Below are positions 19,614 to 28,061 of a stretch of 64,000 nt of DNA, one piece after another. The DNA comes from an uncultured Candidatus Rokubacteria bacterium (lineage in GTDB: Bacteria; Methylomirabilota; Methylomirabilia; Rokubacteriales; DASRDR01), in NCBI GenBank assembly GCA_963805625.1, contig CAWDVE010000013.1, forward strand, positions 544,001 through 608,000, in the 5' to 3' direction. The stretch's first letter is position 1. Each line of letters starts with the position of its first letter. The notes under the pieces are model-generated. The model was not told the origin of the DNA. It saw only the letters and a program-made list of their open reading frames with translations, and did no database searches. Position numbers and translations under genes: made by a program.

Positions 19614-20921
19614 TCAGGGCCGCGCGGTCCATTCCATCCCCTCGGCGATTGCCTCGACGATCCGCGTGACCTCGTCCTCGCTCACGACCCCCTCGATCCA
19701 CGAGACGACGAGGTTGTCCTGCCCCGCGCACCGGTTGAAGAACACGCCGATCCCGGGCCGGAGCGGCACCGCCGGCACATGATAGGCGTTCAGGACGCGG
19801 CGATCGAAGCATCGATCCAGAGACGTCGGGAACGCCGTCACGTCGGCACAGTTGAACGAGAAGATTTCGCCGCCCTTCGTCCATGGAAGACTGCGCAGCA
19901 CCCTCGAGAGGGGGCGGTACTTGAGAAACTCCATGCTCACCTCGTTGGCCTCGATCTGACCGTCGCGCACCGCGTCGGCCATCTGGCGGCGCAGGCTCCG
20001 GGCCAGGCTGGACGGGTCGGCGGTGTCGGACGGCCGGAACCGCGCGAAGTGGAAGGCGAGGAGATTCCCGAAGGTCGGTCCCGCCTCCCCCTTCGGGCGG
20101 AGATCCACCGCGATCGGCAGAAGGAACGGGACGTCCGGAAGGCCCCGCCGCTCCCACAGATGCGCCATGGCCCGGCCGACGACGGCCACACGCCAGGAGA
20201 TCTCCCGGCTCGTCGGCCGGTGTCCGTTCCTGTTCGTCCCCCCGAAGGTCACGCGCCGGAAGCGCGCCCCTCTCGAGGCGACCCGTGCGGGGGCCGGTGA
20301 GACCGGGGGAACGGGAGCCAGGGTGCGGATGTACGCCAGGCTCTGGCGGCCGAGCCGCGCACGCTCTCCGAGAGGCCGCTTGTCCGGGGACGGCACGAAG
20401 GCGGGGAGCGCCCCGTTCCACGGCCACTCGCCCTCGAACCGATCGAGGTGGCAGAGGTGCGCGAGGAGGTTCTGAGCGCCTCGCGGGTCCATCAAGGGAT
20501 GGAACCACGTCAGGACCAGGAAGCCCCGCTCCGGCCCGTCGAGGAGCAGCACGCGGAGTGGCGCCTCGCGCGCAGGATCGACCGGCGCGTTGAGCTCCGT
20601 CGTCAGCGCACGCTGGAGATCCTCAGGCGTGGCGACGGCTCGCCGGCTGATCGGCGGGCGGGTCAGCCTCTCGCGCGGACCGGCCGCCCAGTGAAGCTGG
20701 CCCCACGGAAACGGGCGGCGCAGGCGCGCCCCGGGCCACGGGCACGCGTCCAGAAAGCGATCGAAGGCGCGACCGATCCGCTCGAGGTCGACCGGGCCAT
20801 CGCACTCGACCACCAGGAGGGCATTGTTGCTCAGCCCCATGCGGCGGCCGCGCATGTGCATCGCCATCAGGACGAGGTCCGCCCCGCGGAGGGGAAGCCG
20901 ACGACGCAACGCTCGCTTCAT
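19614..20921 (-). CDS. Stand-alone condensation-domain-like / CoA-dependent acyltransferase
   Basis: APLRVLLL...LVLTWFHPLMDPRG (HxxxD), PIAVDLRP, FGN. Confidence 0.62.
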   Translation of the reverse strand: MKRALRRRLPLRGADLVLMAMHMRGRRMGLSNNALLVVECDGPVDLERIGRAFDRFLDACPWPGARLRRPFPWGQLHWAAGPRERLTRPPISRRAVATPEDLQRALTTELNAPVDPAREAPLRVLLLDGPERGFLVLTWFHPLMDPRGAQNLLAHLCHLDRFEGEWPWNGALPAFVPSPDKRPLGERARLGRQSLAYIRTLAPVPPVSPAPARVASRGARFRRVTFGGTNRNGHRPTSREISWRVAVVGRAMAHLWERRGLPDVPFLLPIAVDLRPKGEAGPTFGNLLAFHFARFRPSDTADPSSLARSLRRQMADAVRDGQIEANEVSMEFLKYRPLSRVLRSLPWTKGGEIFSFNCADVTAFPTSLDRCFDRRVLNAYHVPAVPLRPGIGVFFNRCAGQDNLVVSWIEGVVSEDEVTRIVEAIAEGMEWTARP

Positions 20922-20974
20922 AGGTCACGTGACGCCGTCGGGCCCGGTTCGGCCCGGATGCGGCGAAGGGGTGG

Positions 20975-21319
20975 CTAAGCCAGGCTCCTCCGGCGGGACA
21001 CGTAGCCCGCCAGGGCACGGAGGGACGAGACGTTCTCCGTCCGGAGATCCGCGTCGGGCATCCAGAACCCGAATTCGGCCTCGACGAAGAGCAGGATCTT
21101 CAGCAGTCCCATGGAGTCCACGCCGGCCGCCTCCAGGTCGTCGTCCGGCTGGATCGGACGGCCGCGGGCCATGATGTGAGCGTTGACGAAAGCAGCCAGG
21201 GCGCGGGCCACGCCGTCCGCGTCGGCGGATGGCCCGGGGGTGGGCGAAGACTCCGTGCGACCCGGATCAGGCTCCGGGTCGCGGAGATGCAGTCCGGCCC
21301 ATGATCCTCCCCTCGGCAC
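20975..21319 (-). CDS. Acyl carrier protein
   Basis: DDDLEAAGVDSMGLLKILLFVEAEFG phosphopantetheine Ser motif; start is either GTG 21319 or GTG 21211. Confidence 0.85.
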   Translation of the reverse strand: MPRGGSWAGLHLRDPEPDPGRTESSPTPGPSADADGVARALAAFVNAHIMARGRPIQPDDDLEAAGVDSMGLLKILLFVEAEFGFWMPDADLRTENVSSLRALAGYVSRRRSLA

Positions 21320-21328
21320 GGCGCGGTA

Positions 21329-21358
21329 ACACTACCGCCGGCGCCGCTCCCGGGTCAA
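21329..21358 (-). promoter_or_regulatory. Putative sigma-70 promoter of the ACP-to-halogenase operon
   Basis: TTGACC-18 nt-TAGTGT on the minus strand. Confidence 0.45.
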
Positions 21359-21435
21359 CCCGCGGCCGACCCGACTCCGGGGCGGTCGGGACTGGTCCTC
21401 GCGGGCCGTTGCCGGGGGCGTCCGCGGGAGGGATC

Positions 21436-22209
21436 ATGGGGGCCGTGAGGCTCGGCTGGAAGGCCCGCGCCACGCAGTGGGGCAAGGCTCCGGGAGCCCC
21501 GGAGGACATCCAGTTTCTCCGGGGTCCGCAGCGTCGGAGCTTCGAGCTCTGGCGGACCATCCGGATCTTCTTCGAGTTCCTGCGCGGATTCCGGACCCTT
21601 CACTTCGTGGGCCCGTGCGTCACCGTCTTCGGCTCGGCGCGCTTCCCCGAGACGCATCCCTACTACGTCCTGGCCCGCCAGCTCGGGGCGCGCCTCGGGC
21701 GCGCCGGGTTCACCGTCATGACGGGGGGCGGCCCCGGCATCATGGAGGCGGCAAACCGGGGGGCGCGCGAGGTCGGAGGCCGCTCGGTCGGCTGCAACAT
21801 CGAGCTGCCGCAGGAGCAGCGCCCGAACCCCTACCTCGACCGCTGGCTCACCTTCCGGCACTTCTACGTGCGGAAGGTCATGCTAATAAAGTACTCGTAC
21901 GCCTTCGTCGCGCTGCCGGGCGGATTCGGCACGCTCGACGAGATCTTCGAGACGGCGGTGCTGATCCAGACCGGGAAGATCCGGGACTTCCCGCTGGTCC
22001 TCATGGGCCAGGAGTTCTGGCAGCCGCTCCTCGACTTCGTCGAGGTGCGCCTCCTCCGCGAGGGCCTCGTGGACCCTATCGACGCCAAGCGCTTCACGGT
22101 CACGGACTCGGTCGAGGAGGCCGTGACGGCCATCGTCGACGCCGCGACGCGCCACTTCGGGCTGACCTACCACCCGCCGGTCAAGCGGCGCTGGTTCCTC
22201 TGGGAGTAG
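21436..22209 (+). CDS. LOG family (TIGR00730) nucleotide phosphoribohydrolase
   Basis: VTVFGSAR, TGGGPGIMEAANRGA, RKVML, PGGFGTLDE. Confidence 0.9.
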   Translation: MGAVRLGWKARATQWGKAPGAPEDIQFLRGPQRRSFELWRTIRIFFEFLRGFRTLHFVGPCVTVFGSARFPETHPYYVLARQLGARLGRAGFTVMTGGGPGIMEAANRGAREVGGRSVGCNIELPQEQRPNPYLDRWLTFRHFYVRKVMLIKYSYAFVALPGGFGTLDEIFETAVLIQTGKIRDFPLVLMGQEFWQPLLDFVEVRLLREGLVDPIDAKRFTVTDSVEEAVTAIVDAATRHFGLTYHPPVKRRWFLWE

Positions 22210-22260
22210 CCCCCCCACGCCGCCCTGGGACGAGCAGCGGCCGGGCGCGCGGCGAACCGG

Positions 22261-23670
22261 TCAGTCGAGCGTGACGAGCTCGCGGTAGTCCGGGACGGAC
22301 GCCTCCCAGCCGAGCTCGCGGCGGATACGCCCCGCCAGCGTCTCCGCGGGCCCGAGCTCTCCATGGACCACGAAGACGTGCCGCGGCCGGCGGGCGGCGG
22401 TGCGGAGCCAGCGGAGCAAGCCGTTGGCGTCGGAGTGAGCGGAAAGCCCGTGGATCACCTCCACGTGCGCACGAACGGGGACGTCCTCGCCGAAGATGCG
22501 CACCGTGCGAACGCCGTCCTGGATCAGCCGGCCGCGCGTCCCGGGGGCCTGGAAGCCGACGAGGAGGACCGTGGTCTTCGAATCCGGGAGGCGGCGGCGG
22601 AGGTGGTGCAGGACGCGCCCTCCCGTGACCATGCCGCTCGCGGCGATGATGATCGCGGCGCCGCGGACGTCGTTGATCTTCCGCGACTCTTCCACGGAGC
22701 GGGTCAGCTGGAACCGCGCCGTGTGGAGCGGGCAGGTTCCCGAGATCACGGGCTTGGCCGTGTCCGGATCCAGGTCCTCCGGGTGGGAGCAGTAGAGGCC
22801 CGTCGCCTCGATCGCCATCGGGCTGTCCACGAAGGTCGGCAGCCGGGGAATGCGGCCCGCATCCTCGAGCGCCCGGAGGTGATAGATCAGCTCCTGGGTC
22901 CGGCCGACCGCGAAGGCCGGCACCACGAGCGCGCCGCCCCGGTCTACCGCGGCCCGGACGACGCGCTCGAGCTGGTCGGGAATTGACGTGGGATCGTGGA
23001 GCCGGTCGCCGTAGGTCGACTCGACGAAGATGTAGTCGGCCTCGTCGATCGGCTCCGGATCGAGGAGGATCGGCGCCGCATAGCGGCCGATGTCTCCCGA
23101 GAAGACGAGGCGCCGGGGAACCGCGCCCGCGGCGAACTCGAGGTGAACGGCCGCCGACCCGAGGATGTGCCCGGCCCGCCGGAACGTCCCCTGGAGCCCG
23201 GGGAGCAGCCGGATCGGCTTGTGGTAGTCGATGCCCTTCACGGTCTCGGCGGTCCGGGCGCCCTCCTCCGCGGTGTAGAGCGGCAGGGCGGGTGTGTGCT
23301 TGGACGTCCCCCGCGCGTTGTGGTACGCGGCCTCCTCCTCCTGGAGGTGGCCCGAGTCCGGCAGGAGGACCCGCGCGAGATCCTCGGTCCCTCGAGTCGC
23401 GGTGATCCGGCCTCCGAAGCCGTCCTTGACGAGCCTGGGCAGGTACCCGATGTGGTCGATGTGGGCGTGGGTGAGGGCGACGGCATCGATCCGCGCGGGA
23501 TCGACGGGCAGCTTGTCCCAGTTCCGGAGGCGGAGGTCCTTCAGGCCCTGGTAGAGACCGCAGTCCACCAGGAGCCGCCGGTCGGCCGTCTCGACCAGGA
23601 ACTTCGAGCCGGTAACCGTCCTCGAGGCACCCAGGCACTGGATGGTGGCGATCGGCGCGCGCGTGGGAAT
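22261..23670 (-). CDS. MBL/beta-CASP ribonuclease (COG1236-like), probable ATT start
   Basis: IQCLGASRTVTGSKFL, DCGLYQG, THAHIDH, AGHILGS, SGDIG, ESTYGDR, FAVGRTQE, SAHSD, VHGE. Confidence 0.9.
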   Translation of the reverse strand: MPTRAPIATIQCLGASRTVTGSKFLVETADRRLLVDCGLYQGLKDLRLRNWDKLPVDPARIDAVALTHAHIDHIGYLPRLVKDGFGGRITATRGTEDLARVLLPDSGHLQEEEAAYHNARGTSKHTPALPLYTAEEGARTAETVKGIDYHKPIRLLPGLQGTFRRAGHILGSAAVHLEFAAGAVPRRLVFSGDIGRYAAPILLDPEPIDEADYIFVESTYGDRLHDPTSIPDQLERVVRAAVDRGGALVVPAFAVGRTQELIYHLRALEDAGRIPRLPTFVDSPMAIEATGLYCSHPEDLDPDTAKPVISGTCPLHTARFQLTRSVEESRKINDVRGAAIIIAASGMVTGGRVLHHLRRRLPDSKTTVLLVGFQAPGTRGRLIQDGVRTVRIFGEDVPVRAHVEVIHGLSAHSDANGLLRWLRTAARRPRHVFVVHGELGPAETLAGRIRRELGWEASVPDYRELVTLD

Positions 23671-23721
23671 GGTCGACCTCCTTTGCGAACGGACGAGCTC
23701 GGTGACCGAGCACCTGCGACG

Positions 23722-23750
23722 AGCCTATGCTCGGGCGGGCGCCTCGTCAA
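23722..23750 (-). promoter_or_regulatory. Putative sigma-70 promoter of the beta-CASP gene
   Basis: TTGACG-17 nt-TAGGCT; SD AAGGAGG at 23683-23677. Confidence 0.6.
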
Positions 23751-23837
23751 ACACGCCGGCCCTGATTCGCATCGCCCATCGCCGCGGGGAACTCGTGCTC
23801 TTGACGGAAGGCGGGTGCGGTGCGATAACCCCGAGCG

Positions 23838-24824
23838 ATGACCGCGCGCCGCGTCCTCATCACCGTGCCCCACACCTATCAGCGCGACGCCCCCTACCTC
23901 GGGCGTCTCGAGGCCGCCGGGCTCGAAGTCGAGCGCCGCATCGGCCGCCACGGCAAGATGACGGAGGACGAGCTGCGGGAGGCCCTGCCCGGCGTCTTCG
24001 CCACGCTCGCGAGCAGCGAGCCCTACACCGAGCGCGTGTTCCGATCGGCTCCCGACCTCCGCGTCGTCGCCCGCTGGGGCGTGGGCTTCGACGCGATCGA
24101 CGTAGACGCCGCGACCCGCCACGGCGTAGTCGTGTGCACCGCGGTGGGCGCCAACCACGAGGCGGTGGCGGACTACGCGGTGTCCCTGATGTGTGCGCTC
24201 CAGCGGGGACTCCTGCGGAACCACCACCTGATCACGGGCGGGCAGTGGAAGACCGAGTTCCGGCCGGGTCTCTGGCGCGCCACGGTCGGGGTCGTCGGCC
24301 TGGGCCGCATCGGCCAGGCGGTCGTTCGCCGGTGCCGCGGCTTCTCGATGACGATCCTCGCCTACGAGCCCTACCCTGATCGGGACTTCGTGCGCGAGCA
24401 TGGCGTGGAGCTCGTGTCGCTGGAGGAGCTCCTCCGCCGCGCCGACCTCGTGACCCTCCACTGCCCCGCGACGGCCGAGAACCGGCACCTGATCAACCGC
24501 GAGCGCTTGGCCCTGATGAAGCCCACCGCCCACCTCGTCAACACCGCGCGAGGGCCGCTCATCGACGAGAGCGCACTCCACGAGGCGCTGGTCACCGGCC
24601 GGATCGCGGGCGCCGGGCTCGACGTGTTCGAGAAGGAGCCGCTGTTCGACTCCGCCCTGTTCGGCCTCGACAACGTCGTGCTGAGCCCTCACGTGGCAGG
24701 GATCGACGAGACGTCCGAGGTCGCGATGGCGGACCGCGCCATCGACGCGATCCTGGCGGTCTGGCGAGGCGAGGCCCCGCCGAAGGAGTGCGTCGTCAAT
24801 CCCGAGGCGATCCACCCGCGCTGA
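23838..24824 (+). CDS. Phosphoglycerate dehydrogenase-like 2-hydroxyacid dehydrogenase
   Basis: RWGVGFD, GVVGLGRIG, VNTARG, LDVFEKEP, SPHVAG. Confidence 0.88.
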   Translation: MTARRVLITVPHTYQRDAPYLGRLEAAGLEVERRIGRHGKMTEDELREALPGVFATLASSEPYTERVFRSAPDLRVVARWGVGFDAIDVDAATRHGVVVCTAVGANHEAVADYAVSLMCALQRGLLRNHHLITGGQWKTEFRPGLWRATVGVVGLGRIGQAVVRRCRGFSMTILAYEPYPDRDFVREHGVELVSLEELLRRADLVTLHCPATAENRHLINRERLALMKPTAHLVNTARGPLIDESALHEALVTGRIAGAGLDVFEKEPLFDSALFGLDNVVLSPHVAGIDETSEVAMADRAIDAILAVWRGEAPPKECVVNPEAIHPR

Positions 24825-24846
24825 CCGCAGGGCGTCCGGCCGCGCA

Positions 24847-26025
24847 GTGTCCCTGAGCGCTTCCGGCGGGACGATGTCGACGTTCGAGCTGCTCCTCGAC
24901 TGCGTCACCGCTCCGCGGCGGGACGAAGCGCGCGCGCGGCTCCGCCGGCGGCTCGGCGGGCCGATCGACTGGGATGCGGTGCTGGACTCCGCGCGCCGGC
25001 ACGGGATCACGCCGCTCGTCTACCTGGAGCTGCGCGCCGCGCCCGACGGTCTCGTGCCGCCCGACGCGCTCGCACGGCTGCAGGCCTTCCACTCCGGGAA
25101 CACGCGCCGCTGCCTCCTCCTCACCGGATGGCTCCGGCGTGCTGTCGACGCTCTCGCGGCCGCGGGCGTCCAGGCGATTCCCTACAAGGGGCCCGTGCTC
25201 GCGGCGCTCGCATATGGGAGCATCGCCAGCCGCCAGGCCGGTGACCTCGACATCCTGATCGATCCCGGGGACCTCGGCACCGCCAAGGAGGCGCTCCACG
25301 CGGAAGGATTCCGGGCGCAGATCCCGCTCGAGGGCTGGCAGGAGCAACAGCTGGTGCGGTCCGCGCACCCCTACGGCCTCGTCCGGGACCATGAGGGCAT
25401 CGTGCTCGAGCTCCACTGGAGCGTCTCTCCGCGGTCCCTCTCGGCCGGTCTGGGCGGGAAGCTCCCGCGCGAGCGGCTCGAGGAGGTGGCGGCGGCGGGC
25501 ACGACCTTTCTCACGCTCCCGGTGGACGTGCTCCTCGTCGCGCTGTGCGTCCATGGCGCCAAGCACGTGTGGGAACGGCTCGGCTGGATCGTGGACGTGG
25601 CGGAGCTGATCCGGAGGCGGCCGGGACTCGACTGGGCCGGGGTGCTTGCCCGCGCCGGCGAGGCAGGTCACCTGCGAGAGCTCCTGCTCGGCTGCCTCCT
25701 GGCGCGGGACCTCCTGGGCACGGATCTGCCCGAGATCCTGTGCCGCCGCCTCGCCGCCGATCCATGGCTCCCGGCGCTCGCGCGCGTGGCTCGCGCCCAG
25801 CTCGCCCTCACGGCTCACGGGCGCCTCGGTATCGCCGAGACGGCGCGGTTCCACCTCGGGGTCCGCGGAACCTGGCGCGACCGCCTCGCCTACTTCCGGT
25901 TCGCGATGATGCCGACCGTGGCCGACTGGACGGCCGTCCCGCTACCGCGGTGGCTCGCGCCCCTCCACTATCCCCTGCGGGCGGCGCGCCTGCTCCGGGG
26001 CGGGGCGTCCCACGGTCACCACTGA
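24847..26025 (+). CDS. Uncharacterised nucleotidyltransferase family protein (NTP_transf_5-like)
   Basis: YKGPVLA...YG...RQAGDLDILI, ELHW, HGAKH.W.RL.WI.D; alternative ATG at 24874. Confidence 0.75.
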   Translation: MSLSASGGTMSTFELLLDCVTAPRRDEARARLRRRLGGPIDWDAVLDSARRHGITPLVYLELRAAPDGLVPPDALARLQAFHSGNTRRCLLLTGWLRRAVDALAAAGVQAIPYKGPVLAALAYGSIASRQAGDLDILIDPGDLGTAKEALHAEGFRAQIPLEGWQEQQLVRSAHPYGLVRDHEGIVLELHWSVSPRSLSAGLGGKLPRERLEEVAAAGTTFLTLPVDVLLVALCVHGAKHVWERLGWIVDVAELIRRRPGLDWAGVLARAGEAGHLRELLLGCLLARDLLGTDLPEILCRRLAADPWLPALARVARAQLALTAHGRLGIAETARFHLGVRGTWRDRLAYFRFAMMPTVADWTAVPLPRWLAPLHYPLRAARLLRGGASHGHH

Positions 26026-26069
26026 CTGAGCGCCCGTCAAGGGAGGCTCGGTGCGGGTGGACGGCGGCG

Positions 26070-27038
26070 TCAGGGGATCAGGAGGACCTTGCCGGTCGTC
26101 CGGCGCCCTTCCAGGTCCCGGTGCGCCTGGGCGGCCTCGGCGAGCGGGAACGTCGCGCCGATGCGGAGCTTGAGCTCGCCCTTCTGGATCCAGCCGAGGA
26201 CTTCGCCGGCGCGCTGCACGAGGTCGTCCCGCGACGCGATGTAGTGGGAGAGGTTCGGCCGGGTGAGGAAGAGCGAGCCCTTGGCGTTCAGCACCTGGGG
26301 GTCGAGCGGCGCCACCGGCCCGCTCGATGCCCCGTAGAGCACCATGTACCCGCGCGGGGCCAGGCAGTTGAATCCCTTCTCGAAGGTGTCCCGGCCCACC
26401 GAGTCATAAACGACCTGGACCCCCTTCCCGCCGGTCAGCCGCTTCACCTCGGCCTCGAAGTCCTGGCGCGTGTAGAGGATCACGTCGTGCGCGCCTGCCT
26501 CGTGCGCGAGCTTCGCCTTGTCCTCCGTGGAGACGGTCCCGATGACCCGGGCGCCCGCGCGCTTCGCCATCTGGCACAGGAGGAGGCCGACGCCCCCCGC
26601 CGCCGCGTGGACCAGGCACGTGTCCCCGGGCTTCAGCGGGTAGGTCGAGTGGGCGAGGTAGTGAGCCGTCATGCCCTGGAGCATCGCGGACGCCCCCGCG
26701 CGCGCGTCGACCCCGGCGGGCAGCGCGACGACCCGGTCGGCCGGCACGACGTTGTGGGTCGCGTACGATCCCGGCACACCGGTCCACGCGACACGGTCCC
26801 CGCCGTGCACGGTGGTGACCCCGGATCCCCGCGCCTCGACCACGCCCGCCCCTTCGAGTCCAAGGGGAACCGGGAGCTGGCCCTTGTAGAGCCCGGAGCG
26901 CTGGTAGACGTCGATGAAGTTCACGCCGGCCGCCTCGAGACGGACGAGGACCTGGCCGTCACCGGGCTTGGGCATGGGCAGTTCCTCGAGCCGCATGGCC
27001 TCCGGACCGCCGTACTCGTGGACGCGGATCGCACGCAT
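26070..27038 (-). CDS. qor: NADPH:quinone oxidoreductase (zeta-crystallin type)
   Basis: GVNFIDVY.RSG.Y, QGMTAHYL, HAAAGGVG, VYDSVG, KGSLFLTRP, TTGK. Confidence 0.88.
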   Translation of the reverse strand: MRAIRVHEYGGPEAMRLEELPMPKPGDGQVLVRLEAAGVNFIDVYQRSGLYKGQLPVPLGLEGAGVVEARGSGVTTVHGGDRVAWTGVPGSYATHNVVPADRVVALPAGVDARAGASAMLQGMTAHYLAHSTYPLKPGDTCLVHAAAGGVGLLLCQMAKRAGARVIGTVSTEDKAKLAHEAGAHDVILYTRQDFEAEVKRLTGGKGVQVVYDSVGRDTFEKGFNCLAPRGYMVLYGASSGPVAPLDPQVLNAKGSLFLTRPNLSHYIASRDDLVQRAGEVLGWIQKGELKLRIGATFPLAEAAQAHRDLEGRRTTGKVLLIP

Positions 27039-27091
27039 CAGGGAACCCTCCTCGTGGTATTGGCTCGTCGGGCCGGCTTGCGGCGCGGGCG

Positions 27092-27604
27092 CTAGCGCCG
27101 CCGCCCGCGGCGAGGGCGCGCGCGACGCCGCCGGGACGCCGCCGCCCGCCGGGGCTTGCTGCGCTCGGCGGCGGCCGCCGCCAGGAGCCGCTTCGCCTGG
27201 CGCCGCCCGAGCCGGCGGAGACCGACGAGCGCCGCGCGATTCTTCCCCGCCGGCGTGGCGCGGCCCTGCTCCCACTGGACGACGGCGGCGGGACTCACGC
27301 CCACTAGGCGCGCCACCGCCGCCTGGCTTAGAGCGAGCCGCTGCCGGAGCTTCCGGATGAGACCGGGCGACAGCCGCGCGGCCCGTGCCTCGTCCTCGGA
27401 CACCGCGGGCTGCCACCCGCGGCCCGCGAGGGACTCCGTCCAGCGCGCCGCCACCTCGCGGAGCGCCCCGACCTGCGCGCGCAGCTCCCGCACCGCCTGA
27501 CGCAGCCGCCGCACGTCACGCCGGAGGGGCGTCGCCACGCTCCGGATGTGCTTGCGCGCACCGCGCGCGATCGCGTCCTTGATTGCCATCTCGATTTTGG
27601 CCAA
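27092..27604 (-). CDS. XRE-type HTH protein with N-terminal coiled coil
   Basis: LRQRLALSQAAVARLVGVSPAAVVQWEQG; TTG after GGAGGAG; basic tail. Confidence 0.78.
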   Translation of the reverse strand: MAKIEMAIKDAIARGARKHIRSVATPLRRDVRRLRQAVRELRAQVGALREVAARWTESLAGRGWQPAVSEDEARAARLSPGLIRKLRQRLALSQAAVARLVGVSPAAVVQWEQGRATPAGKNRAALVGLRRLGRRQAKRLLAAAAAERSKPRRAAASRRRRARPRRGRRR

Positions 27605-27663
27605 GCCGGGCTCCTCCGGGATTCTCGCGTTGAGTCAAGCGATTCGTCGCGTTCGACGAGTCG

Positions 27664-27693
27664 ACGCTAGCAGCGAGGGATGGGGCTTGTCAA
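27664..27693 (-). promoter_or_regulatory. Putative sigma-70 promoter of the HTH gene
   Basis: TTGACA-18 nt-TAGCGT with TG extension. Confidence 0.5.
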
Positions 27694-27758
27694 ACGACGG
27701 GTGCGGCGGGCGATCCGGAGACCCTTCGCGGGCTTGGCGCGTTAGAATCGTCCGGGAC

Positions 27759-27911
27759 TACTACGACCTCGCCGCTGGCCGACGGCTCGAGATCGAGACG
27801 CTCAACGGAACGGTCGTTCGGCTCGGCCGGGAGCGCGGCGTCCCCACCCCGGCCAACTTCGCCGTCTATGCGGCGCTCAAGCCGTACGCGGCCGGCGCGC
27901 CGGCCGCCTGA
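27759..27911 (+). pseudogene. panE: Ketopantoate reductase C-terminal remnant
   Basis: YYDLAAGRRLEIETLNGTVVRLG...VPTPAN matches the ApbA_C tail; rest of gene absent. Confidence 0.65.
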
Positions 27912-28061
27912 GCCCCCGGCGTGAGGAGCCGCGACCCGCGCGGGCGCCGGGCGCGGAACAGGCCCGCTCCCCGCTGACGCCCGCGTGCTAGGATGGGGCA
28001 TCCGCGCCCCGGGCGCGGGAGCCCGCGGCGCACGTGCCCCCCGCGCCGGAAGGAGTCGCGC

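Noticed and set aside
21436-23670. LOG protein plus beta-CASP nuclease as part of the cluster or a defence system
   Set aside because: Both look like common housekeeping-type members, are convergent, and have no defence-type partners
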